Part shown: positions 6,362 to 13,991 of the stretch, piece by piece
Layout: each line of letters starts with the position of its first letter
Numbering within the stretch: the stretch's first letter is position 1
DNA from: an uncultured Gemmatimonadota bacterium
Lineage (GTDB): Bacteria; SM23-81
DNA: 14,548 nt
Direction: 5' to 3'
Assembly (NCBI GenBank): GCA_964584035.1
Contig: CAZOYL010000061.1
Location: forward strand, 1-14,548
Notes under the pieces: generated by a model
Databases searched by the model: none
What the model was told of the DNA's origin: nothing
The model's input: the letters and a program-made list of their open reading frames with translations, nothing else
Program-made: the position numbers and the translations under genes

Positions 6362-7642
6362 GTGTACCAAACCCAGCCGACCGATGACCGCGAAAAGGCC
6401 ATCCTGGTGGCCGTCAAGCTGCCCCGCGACGATGGCTGGTCTCCGGAGGACACCCTCCAGGAACTGGCCCTGTTGACCGACACCGCCGGCGCCGACGTCC
6501 TGGACGCCATTATCCAGGTTCGCCAACGCCCTGATTCGGCCACCTTTATCGGCGAGGGCAAGGCCGAGGAGGTGGCCCGCCGAGCCCGGGAGTTGGAGGC
6601 CGATCTGGTCATTTTCGACGATGACCTGTCGCCCGCCCAGGCTCGAAATCTGGAACGTCTCATCGATGTCAAGATCGTCGACCGCAGCGGCCTGATCCTG
6701 GACATCTTCGCCCGCCGGGCCCAGTCACGGGAGGCCAAAACCCAGGTGGAGCTGGCCCAGCTGGAGTATTTGCTGCCTCGCCTGACGCGCCAGTGGACCC
6801 ACCTGTCCCGCCAGTCAGGCGGCATCGGCACCCGGGGACCGGGGGAGACCCAGCTGGAGGTGGACCGCCGCCGGGTGAGAAAGCGGATCGCGGACCTCTC
6901 GGCCAGGATGAAGCGCATCGCCCGGGGCCGGGAGATACGCCGGAGGCGCCGCCAGCACGAGTTCACGGTGGCCCTGGTGGGCTATACCAATGCCGGAAAA
7001 TCAACCCTGCTCAACGCCCTGTCCCAGGCAGGGGTTTACACCGAGGACAAGCTGTTCGCCACACTCGATCCGACCACGCGCAGCGTTCAGATCGGCGGCG
7101 ACCGGAAGATCCTGATCACCGACACGGTCGGCCTGATCCGCAAACTGCCTCACCATCTGGTGGTCAGTTTTCACAGCACCCTGGAGATGCTGGTCGAGGC
7201 CGATCTGCTGCTCCATGTGGTCGACGTCAGCCATGAGAAGTTCGAGGAGCAGATGAAGGCGGTCACCGGGGTCCTCCTGGAGCTGGGGGCCCACACTCAC
7301 CCCCTGTTGGTGGTGTTCAACAAGATCGATCGGATAGGGGAATATCCCGACCTGCTGCTCAGGCTGGGCATCGAATATCCGGAAGCCTCATTTGTCTCTG
7401 CGCTCAGGGAAGAGGGCCTGGAGGAGCTGACCCGGGGTATACTTCGGCAGGTCGAGTCGGACATGGAGATCCTGACCCTGCATCTGTCCCACGCCGACTC
7501 TCATCTGCTGTCTGAGGTTTACGACGCCGGCGAGGTGCTCGACCGGAGAGATCTGGCCGAGTATGTGTCGCTCAGGGTCAAGGTCAACAAAGCGGATGCG
7601 GAGAGGTTGAAAAAAAAGCTGAACAAGCATACTAAAATCTAA
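6362..7642 (+). CDS. hflX: Ribosome-splitting GTPase HflX (426 aa)
   Basis: Motifs LILDIFARRAQSREAKTQVELAQL and GIGTRGPGETQLE; G1 GYTNAGKS, G2 LFATLD, G3 DTVG, G4 NKID. Start moved from 6230 to GTG 6362, which follows SD GAGGGGG at 6350-6356. Confidence 0.97.
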   Translation: MYQTQPTDDREKAILVAVKLPRDDGWSPEDTLQELALLTDTAGADVLDAIIQVRQRPDSATFIGEGKAEEVARRARELEADLVIFDDDLSPAQARNLERLIDVKIVDRSGLILDIFARRAQSREAKTQVELAQLEYLLPRLTRQWTHLSRQSGGIGTRGPGETQLEVDRRRVRKRIADLSARMKRIARGREIRRRRRQHEFTVALVGYTNAGKSTLLNALSQAGVYTEDKLFATLDPTTRSVQIGGDRKILITDTVGLIRKLPHHLVVSFHSTLEMLVEADLLLHVVDVSHEKFEEQMKAVTGVLLELGAHTHPLLVVFNKIDRIGEYPDLLLRLGIEYPEASFVSALREEGLEELTRGILRQVESDMEILTLHLSHADSHLLSEVYDAGEVLDRRDLAEYVSLRVKVNKADAERLKKKLNKHTKI

Positions 7643-10307
7643 ATCCCACCGAGAAATAGGCTCGCTCCTGTCCTTCCGCGGCGCGTCCGTAGGTCAGCGT
7701 GACCGGACCCAGCAGGGTGTCCAGAGCCAGGTTGACGCCGATGGCATGCTTCGTGGTCAGCCACTTGATCTGCAGCTCATTCTCCCACACGTTGCCGACG
7801 TCATAACGAACCCCGAAGTAGAACCGGCGAACCAGTTCCATGCGGTAACCCGCGTTGAGCAGAAACAGCTTGTTGCCCATCAGCTCTCCCCGGCGAAACC
7901 CGTACAGTGACTCCTCGCCGCCCAACCGGAACTGCTCCGAAAAGGGCAGCGGACTTTCGCTGACCCCGATCGAACCCCGGGCAAACAGGGTGTGCCGGTT
8001 CCAGCCGGTGAGATACGATTCCAGCGAAAAATAGGTTTTTCGGAATTCCTCCGTCCCGCCCAGGATGGGCTGGCCGATCTCCAGGTAGGCGCTGTGAGCA
8101 TGCCCGGAGGTGGGAAAATTCGGCCGGTCCAGGGTATTGATCTGAGAGCGCAGCACCAGGCTGCGGATCTCCTGCCTTCCGGTGGGATATCCCCCGCCGG
8201 ATATTGAATTCATCCTGACCCGCTCCACCCGCCCCTCGGCCGACAGGGTGCCGAAGCGGCGGATATGCTGGCCCAGGAAGAACCGGGCGCCTTTGCGATA
8301 GACGGCATACTCTCCCGCCTCATCGCCATCCTGATACAGGCTCCAATCCCGCCGGCTCCAATACCCGTTGAGATTAAAGGTCAAATAGGTCTTGAAGATA
8401 CGGTCGGCCTTGAGTCCCGCCCGGGCCTTTTCCCGATAGGTCCCCAATTGATAGTAGAGGGACAGTTTGCTGCCCACTCCCAGCAGATTCTCTTCCGCCA
8501 GAAGGGCGAAGGCCTCCGCCTCCCGTTCCAGATCGTACTGCGCGCCCACGGCCAGCGAGACGGAACCCCTTTCCTTGACGCGAACCACGACAACGGCCCC
8601 CTGGTCGCCCCGGCGGATCTCCATCGAAACCCTCTCGAACAGGCCCGTCCCGTAAATATTCCGGATTCCCCTCTGCGCTCTGGACAGGTTAAAGATATCA
8701 TTTCGGTTCAGGTTGAACTCGCGCGACAGGACCCAGCGCTTGGTCTTCTCGTTGCCCTTATACTGCACCTTTTCTATGACGCCCTCCTCGATCTGTCCGA
8801 GAACCAGACCCCGGTCCCCATCCATCTCCACCCGTGAGAATCGAGCCAGGGCATACCCTTCCGAATGATAGCGGTCCAGAATGGCCGTCAGATCCTGTTC
8901 GATCAGACGAGGATCGAGATAACGGCCGGGCGACAGCATCGTTCCGGCTAAAAGCTCCTCGCTGGAGAAGAGCGTGTTACCCTCCAGGCGGTAACCGGAG
9001 AACCGGGCCATCTCCCGGGTGTGAACGATCAGGCGGACTCCTTCCGGTTCCTCCGCCAGGTCGGCCCAGACATCCTCAAAGGGACCGTTCTGATACAGGG
9101 CTTCGAGATGCCTCCGGATTTGTCCCTCATTGATCCGGTCGCCCGGCCGAAAGGTCATCTCCGGACAATTCGGGTCCTCCCAGCCGCCCTTTTCCGGAAT
9201 CTCCACTGAGGTCAGCACGAAGCCGGCGGTGTCGCCCTGATCGGCCAGATAGGCGCTCAACTGCCGCCGGATGTCAGCCACCGCCTGTCGCCCGGCCTCC
9301 CGGCCGGCCGCGATGACCTCATCGATACGATCGTATTCGATGGCGTGATGCCCCCCGAGATCGGGACTGATGACCACATCGGCGCTGGCCAGGCTGGTCC
9401 GCATGGGCTCCCGCATCATGATGGCGATGATCTGCTCGGCCAGGGCCCACGGTTTCTCTAACTGCTGCTTGTTGGACAGGGGAGAGGAAACGTCCACGGC
9501 CACCACCACATCGGCCCCCATATCCCGGACCACGTCCACGGGAATATTGTCCAGCAGGCCGCCATCGGCCAACAGCATGGTATCCTTGTCCACCGGGGTG
9601 AAAATCAAAGGCACGGCCAGGCTCGCACGCAGGGCCTCTCCCAGATCGCCTTCTCCGATGGCGATGCTCTGACCGCTGACCATGTCGGTGACCACGGCCC
9701 TGAAAGGCACCCGCAAGTTATCGAAATCGCCCGCTGCGCGATAACCGGCCGCCATGGTCAGATCGGCCAGCAGATCGGACAGCTTCTGGGCGCGGGTCAG
9801 TCCGGATGGATAGCTCAGGGCCAAACCTCTGAAGCGAAATCGCAAGACACTCTGAACCTCATCCTGCTTCTGGGTGACGAAGAGGCTGGCCCGGGGAGGG
9901 TCGTCGATAAAAATCCGGTCCCACTCGATGCCGTTGGCAATACGCTCCAGTTCGTCGGGGCTGTGACCGGCGGCATAGAGGCCGCCGATGATGCAGCCCA
10001 TACTGGTGCCGGCCACCATATCGATGGAAAGACCGGCATCCTCCAGGGCCTTCAGAACTCCGATATGGGCAAATCCTCGGGCGCCCCCGCCGCTGAGGGC
10101 CAGACCCACCCGTGGACGGGACAGCTTCCGGCGGGGCAGAAATCCGTCCGGCCCGGAGGCCGCCTCCCGGGAACCGGAGGTCGCCTCCTGATAACCGGAG
10201 GTCGCCTCCTGATACCGGAGCCGAATGGTCCGGGGCTCCTCCTGCGCCGCCGCCGCCGCCGACAGGCAGACGGCCAGCGCAACGATGATCCCAATAAGCC
10301 TGTTCAT
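7632..10307 (-). CDS. Patatin-like phospholipase fused to POTRA domains and an Omp85/BamA-type barrel (PlpD-like, type Vd)
   Basis: Signal peptide; patatin motifs LSGGGARG, GTSMG and DGG; POTRA-like repeats (LEGNTLFS..., YKGNEKTKRWVLSRE...IYGTGLFERV); barrel with FRLGG..SLYGF; C-terminal YFSVGFRF. SD GGAGAGG upstream. Confidence 0.92.
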   Translation of the reverse strand: MNRLIGIIVALAVCLSAAAAAQEEPRTIRLRYQEATSGYQEATSGSREAASGPDGFLPRRKLSRPRVGLALSGGGARGFAHIGVLKALEDAGLSIDMVAGTSMGCIIGGLYAAGHSPDELERIANGIEWDRIFIDDPPRASLFVTQKQDEVQSVLRFRFRGLALSYPSGLTRAQKLSDLLADLTMAAGYRAAGDFDNLRVPFRAVVTDMVSGQSIAIGEGDLGEALRASLAVPLIFTPVDKDTMLLADGGLLDNIPVDVVRDMGADVVVAVDVSSPLSNKQQLEKPWALAEQIIAIMMREPMRTSLASADVVISPDLGGHHAIEYDRIDEVIAAGREAGRQAVADIRRQLSAYLADQGDTAGFVLTSVEIPEKGGWEDPNCPEMTFRPGDRINEGQIRRHLEALYQNGPFEDVWADLAEEPEGVRLIVHTREMARFSGYRLEGNTLFSSEELLAGTMLSPGRYLDPRLIEQDLTAILDRYHSEGYALARFSRVEMDGDRGLVLGQIEEGVIEKVQYKGNEKTKRWVLSREFNLNRNDIFNLSRAQRGIRNIYGTGLFERVSMEIRRGDQGAVVVVRVKERGSVSLAVGAQYDLEREAEAFALLAEENLLGVGSKLSLYYQLGTYREKARAGLKADRIFKTYLTFNLNGYWSRRDWSLYQDGDEAGEYAVYRKGARFFLGQHIRRFGTLSAEGRVERVRMNSISGGGYPTGRQEIRSLVLRSQINTLDRPNFPTSGHAHSAYLEIGQPILGGTEEFRKTYFSLESYLTGWNRHTLFARGSIGVSESPLPFSEQFRLGGEESLYGFRRGELMGNKLFLLNAGYRMELVRRFYFGVRYDVGNVWENELQIKWLTTKHAIGVNLALDTLLGPVTLTYGRAAEGQERAYFSVGFRF
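10153..10215. repeat. In-frame 21-bp tandem repeat x3 encoding YQEATSG-YQEATSG-SREAASG
   Basis: Units at 10153, 10174 and 10195; the last two differ at one base. Each unit contains the mini inverted repeat GGAGG-n3-CCTCC. Confidence 0.95.
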
Positions 10308-10356
10308 TTACAGCCACCTCTCCGGACATGAAGCCGCCGATGTCATCCGACCCGAA

Positions 10357-10385
10357 AATATAGGGGAGAGTCCGGTAAAATGCAA
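10357..10385 (-). promoter_or_regulatory. Sigma70-type promoter for the patatin-Omp85 gene
   Basis: TTGCAT (10385-10380), 17-nt spacer, TATATT (10362-10357). Confidence 0.55.
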
Positions 10386-10438
10386 GAGAAGGTTGCGGAC
10401 TCGAGATAGCCGCCGAACCCAGACCACGGAGAAGGCAT

Positions 10439-10473
10439 AAAAAAACGCCCCCCGGGATTTTTCCCGGCGGGCG
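10439..10473 (-). terminator. Intrinsic terminator of the REC-GGDEF-REC / pseudo-kinase operon
   Basis: Minus strand reads CGCCCgCCGGGA-AAAA-TCCCGGgGGGCG followed by T7, 38 nt after the stop at 10512. Confidence 0.85.
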
Positions 10474-10511
10474 CATTCCTCAAGCACACGCTTTCCCAGG
10501 CGCTATCGGCC

Positions 10512-11465
10512 TCACGCCTGCTGCGGCCGGCTCTCGGCGAAGGATTCCGTCGGCAGCGTCAGCGTCAGCACCGTCTCTTTGCCGGGCTGGCTGATAACAT
10601 CGATGCGACCATCGAGCTGGTCGATGATATGGGCAGCCGCCATCAGCTCGAGATCGAATCCACGGACACCGTTTTCCAGCCATTTCTGTTCCAAAGATTG
10701 ATTCCAGAGAAATTGCAGGACATTCTCGTCGATGGCATCCAGGCGCATGTCGATGATGCTCACACTGACCCGATCTCTGGTGTGCTTTCCATCGGCCTCG
10801 ACGGTCACCGTTCCCCCCATGGGAGAGTGGGCAATGGCGTTGTCAACCAGATGGTTCAGGGCCAGCCGGAGCTGCCGCCGGTCCCCTAAAACGGGGGGAA
10901 TCGGCTCGGCGAACTTCCCGCTGAGATCGATCTGCTGCCCGTGAGCCGTTTGGCGGTGTTCCTCCAAAACGCGGGTGACCAGTTCCCGGACGTCCACCTT
11001 TTCTCTTTTTCGTTGAGCGTTGCCCAGCTGAACGGCGCTGATGGCCATCAGGTCCGCCACGATCTGCCGCAGACGATGCACCTCGCCGTGGAGCCGATCC
11101 ACCCGGACGCCGGGGAATTCATCCTGCTGATCGGGTTTTTGTGCCGCCGCCAGTTCCCCGACGTGCCCTTCGATGATGTCCAGGGGCTCTTTCAAACCGG
11201 CCAAGAGCAGATTCAGCAGATTCGCCTCCCGCTGTTGATGGGCCCGAAGATCCCACTGAATCGATCGCAGCTGCGACCGCGTTTTCTCAAGGTCTTCGGT
11301 CGCTGTCTGAGCCTCCTGTTTCAAACCCCGGCTGCGGCTCTCCATCCGACGATAATCCAGCACCAGTTTCTTCAGGTCGCCCTGAATGCTCCGTTTCAAC
11401 TCCAGCAGCCGTTTCTGCTCAGCCTCGTCGCCATCTCTCGTGACTTGTCGGTCACTGGCTCCCAT
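10512..11465 (-). CDS. Cytoplasmic histidine-kinase-fold protein (coiled coil + DHp + HATPase_c), degenerate
   Basis: N-box LALNHLVDNAIAHS, VLGDRRQL and C-terminal GRIDVISQPGKETVLTLTLP are HATPase_c-like. The H-box reads AGLKEPL. ATG 11465 is preferred because GGGGGAAGG precedes it; 11483 is the alternative start. Confidence 0.85.
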   Translation of the reverse strand: MGASDRQVTRDGDEAEQKRLLELKRSIQGDLKKLVLDYRRMESRSRGLKQEAQTATEDLEKTRSQLRSIQWDLRAHQQREANLLNLLLAGLKEPLDIIEGHVGELAAAQKPDQQDEFPGVRVDRLHGEVHRLRQIVADLMAISAVQLGNAQRKREKVDVRELVTRVLEEHRQTAHGQQIDLSGKFAEPIPPVLGDRRQLRLALNHLVDNAIAHSPMGGTVTVEADGKHTRDRVSVSIIDMRLDAIDENVLQFLWNQSLEQKWLENGVRGFDLELMAAAHIIDQLDGRIDVISQPGKETVLTLTLPTESFAESRPQQA

Positions 11466-11502
11466 GCCTTCCCCCTTCCGCATTCTTCGTATGTACGTTC
11501 GA

Positions 11503-12825
11503 TTATTGATTTTCCGGATGATACAGGTGCTCTTCCAGCGTGTTCATCAAGCGTTGGAAACTATACGGCTTGACCAGATAGCCATCGGCGCCGGCCGGCC
11601 CGGCCCGCTCCTCACTGGCGCCGGATATGGACAGAACCAGCGGGATGGCGGCGGCCTGCAGATCGTTCTTCAGATAACCGGCCGTGCGCTGCCCGCCGGC
11701 GGAGCCACGATCATCCACAAAGATCAGGTCCGGAGGATCATGGCGAATGATCTCGACGACCGTCCGCCCGCCCGGGGCCGTACGGACTTCATAGCCCTTT
11801 CTTTCCAGCTTTGACTTCAACAGACGGGACGTCACGGCATCCCCGTCCACCACCAGTATTTTTTTGCATTCCAGATTGTTGCGAGCAGCAGCCAGCCCCC
11901 TGAGGCCGTCCCGGCGGACATAATAATGATTTCCCCAGCGAAGTTTCGCCTTGCACACGGCCCACAGGGCGACATCGATGGCCTCCCGCGGGCGCCGAAA
12001 GGCTCCGGGCCCTCCGGTGACGGCTCCGATGGAGATGGACAGCAGGGCAAATCGCCGTATTCGACCGGTGATATCGCTGGCCACCAGATGACCCCTGTGA
12101 AGATCGCTCTCCGTGAACAGCGAGCTCCTGATCTTTTCGAATTGCTCGATGATCTGCCGACAGCACCGATCCACATCTTCCGGACTCAGCATCAGGAGAA
12201 ACCGGTCAGCCACCAGGTGGCCGAGAGAGAGGCGCCGGCACCGCCTGCTGCCCTTGATAGCCCTCAGGATATCGGCCACCTTGCAGATAGCTCGATCGCC
12301 GAATTCAAAACCATAAAAGTCGTTATAGGCCCTAAAATGATTCAGATTGATCACGCAGAGGGCGAATTTCTTCTCCCAGTCGATGCATCTTTTCAACTCT
12401 TTGCTGATCGCAGCCGATCCGGGCAACCGGGTCAGGGGATGGTGACGGCTATCGGCGACGTTTCTTCTCATCAAGTCCTCCACTCGCATGGCCAGCCGCT
12501 GCGGATCGATCGGTTTGGAAACGACATCGTCGGCGCCGCGCTCAAGACTCTGACGAAAGCTCAACGGCGATTCCGTATCGGACAACAGCATGACGAACGG
12601 GTGGCCCCTGACGAGCTGCCGACGTATCCGGCGGCACAGCTCATGGCCGCCGTCAGGAGGCAGACTGGAATCCGTCAGGACCATTCGGGGATGCTCATCC
12701 CGGATCAGCTCCCAGGCCCGCTCCCCCGTCCTGGCCAAGAGGACATGATAACCCTTTGCGGCCAGGTGATACTTCAGGCGCCTGAGGCTCTCCTTTGACT
12801 CAATGGCCAGGAGTATCTTCTTCAA
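11503..12825 (-). CDS. Response regulator REC - degenerate GGDEF - REC (440 aa)
   Basis: REC1: KKILLAIES...MVLTD...GADDVVSKP. GGDEF-like domain: HPLTRLPG, NLNHFRAYNDFYGFEFGD, GHLVADRF, LSISIG. REC2: KKILVVDGD...PDLIFVD...GADGYLVKPY. Start moved to TTG 12825 because SD GAGGAG lies 6 nt upstream and the track start at 12921 is upstream of the sigma54 site. Confidence 0.88.
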   Translation of the reverse strand: MKKILLAIESKESLRRLKYHLAAKGYHVLLARTGERAWELIRDEHPRMVLTDSSLPPDGGHELCRRIRRQLVRGHPFVMLLSDTESPLSFRQSLERGADDVVSKPIDPQRLAMRVEDLMRRNVADSRHHPLTRLPGSAAISKELKRCIDWEKKFALCVINLNHFRAYNDFYGFEFGDRAICKVADILRAIKGSRRCRRLSLGHLVADRFLLMLSPEDVDRCCRQIIEQFEKIRSSLFTESDLHRGHLVASDITGRIRRFALLSISIGAVTGGPGAFRRPREAIDVALWAVCKAKLRWGNHYYVRRDGLRGLAAARNNLECKKILVVDGDAVTSRLLKSKLERKGYEVRTAPGGRTVVEIIRHDPPDLIFVDDRGSAGGQRTAGYLKNDLQAAAIPLVLSISGASEERAGPAGADGYLVKPYSFQRLMNTLEEHLYHPENQ

Positions 12826-12888
12826 TCGCCTCTCCTCGCTGTAATTTCTTACCATCTTAACCGATACGGGATGTCGCTGATATCTGTC

Positions 12889-12903
12889 GCAAATAGTGTG
12901 CCA
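12889..12903 (-). promoter_or_regulatory. Sigma54 (RpoN) -24/-12 promoter
   Basis: Minus strand TGGCAC-ACTAT-TTGC matches TGGCAC-N5-TTGC, 63 nt upstream of the TTG start. Confidence 0.8.
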
Positions 12904-12926
12904 CCTTTTGCCCATAAACAAACGCC

Positions 12927-12955
12927 TTGACTCTCCGGGGCTTTTTCTCTACTTT
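12927..12955 (+). promoter_or_regulatory. Sigma70-type promoter for the TrmH-family gene
   Basis: TTGACT (12927-12932), 17-nt spacer, TACTTT (12950-12955). Confidence 0.55.
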
Positions 12956-13002
12956 CACAGGGCCCTCCGGGGGATCGTTCCAAGGCTCCCGCCGGCCCTG
13001 TG
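12956..13002. repeat. Inverted repeat CACAGGGCC...GGCCCTGTG with an inner imperfect stem
   Basis: Perfect 9-bp arms at 12956-12964 and 12994-13002; inner CGGGGG/CTCCCG pairing. Confidence 0.7.
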
Positions 13003-13062
13003 CTGAGGGCTTCATAAAAAGGCTGCAATCGTTTAACCTGTATAAAGATAGGGTTTGCCTTT

Positions 13063-13932
13063 ATGAAAAAATATCCCCTCGACACCACCCCGGCCAGCCC
13101 CCTGCGGCCGGCCGGACTGTCCGCATCACAACTGAAGGCCCTGCGATCCTTGAAGTTGAAAAAAGGGCGGGGCGAACAGGGGCGATTCCTCATCGAGGGG
13201 GCCCATCTGTGCGCCGAAGCCCTGCAGTCTGAACACAGACCATTGCTGCTCCTGTACACCCCGTCCGGATTCAGCAGCCGGGAGATCAAGGAGACGGTGG
13301 TCAGGGCGCAGCAAAGCGGTATTCCCAACCTGAGGGTCGATGCCGCGACGCTGAAATCGCTGGCCGATACCATGACGCCTCAGGGCATTATGGCTGTCAT
13401 GGCGAAACCCGCTGCGGCGGCCATTCCGGGGCCGGGCAACATCTTTGTCCTGCTCGATCAGGTACGCGATCCGGGCAATGTCGGGACCATCATCCGCACC
13501 GCCGATGCCGCCGGGGCCGACGGCGTATACCTTACCGCCGGATCGGCCGATCTTTACAATCCCAAGGTCCTTCGGTCCACCCAGGGTTCGGTCTTTCACA
13601 TCCCGGTCAGGACAGAGGTCGATCCGATCTCCAGTGTAGATGCCTTCAGGAACAGAGGCTTTCGCGTCTTCGTCGGTGACCCCCGGGCCAGCCGTCGGTA
13701 TACAGATGTGCGCTATCCGGGCCGCTTCATTGTGGTGCTGGGAAATGAAACCTGCGGCGTCTGCCAGGAGATCATCGACCGCGCCGGCGAGCTGATCCGC
13801 GTGCCCATCCGGGGACGGGCGGAATCGTTAAACGTGGCCATGACCTGCGGCGTCATACTGTATGAAGCTCTGCGCCAGCGGATGAAGAGAGCGGGGCCGA
13901 AGGCGACCAGGACAAGACGTCAGCCATTCTGA
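13063..13932 (+). CDS. TrmH/SpoU (SPOUT) family RNA 2'-O-methyltransferase
   Basis: N-terminal FLIEG and TPQGIMAV. SPOUT motif 1 LDQVRDPGNVGTIIRTADAAG, motif 2 VLGNETCG, motif 3 VPIRGRAESLNVA. Confidence 0.93.
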   Translation: MKKYPLDTTPASPLRPAGLSASQLKALRSLKLKKGRGEQGRFLIEGAHLCAEALQSEHRPLLLLYTPSGFSSREIKETVVRAQQSGIPNLRVDAATLKSLADTMTPQGIMAVMAKPAAAAIPGPGNIFVLLDQVRDPGNVGTIIRTADAAGADGVYLTAGSADLYNPKVLRSTQGSVFHIPVRTEVDPISSVDAFRNRGFRVFVGDPRASRRYTDVRYPGRFIVVLGNETCGVCQEIIDRAGELIRVPIRGRAESLNVAMTCGVILYEALRQRMKRAGPKATRTRRQPF

Positions 13933-13991
13933 TCGACCCCCATGAACCCGTTTCGGGAAGGGCCCGTCTACGGGCTGGACGGAAAGGACCG

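Noticed and set aside
12826..12921. N-terminal extension of the response regulator
   Set aside because: It spans the sigma54 promoter. The REC domain begins exactly at TTG 12825 after a strong SD.
12956..13002. tRNA or tRNA fragment (GTTCCAAG resembles a T-loop)
   Set aside because: Too short, with no D-arm, anticodon arm or cloverleaf.
13063..13932. Thiostrepton-resistance (Tsr-type) methylase forming a resistance cluster with ABC-F/hflX
   Set aside because: The motifs define only the general SPOUT family, the gene is in a separate transcription unit more than 5 kb away, and its target cannot be inferred from the sequence.
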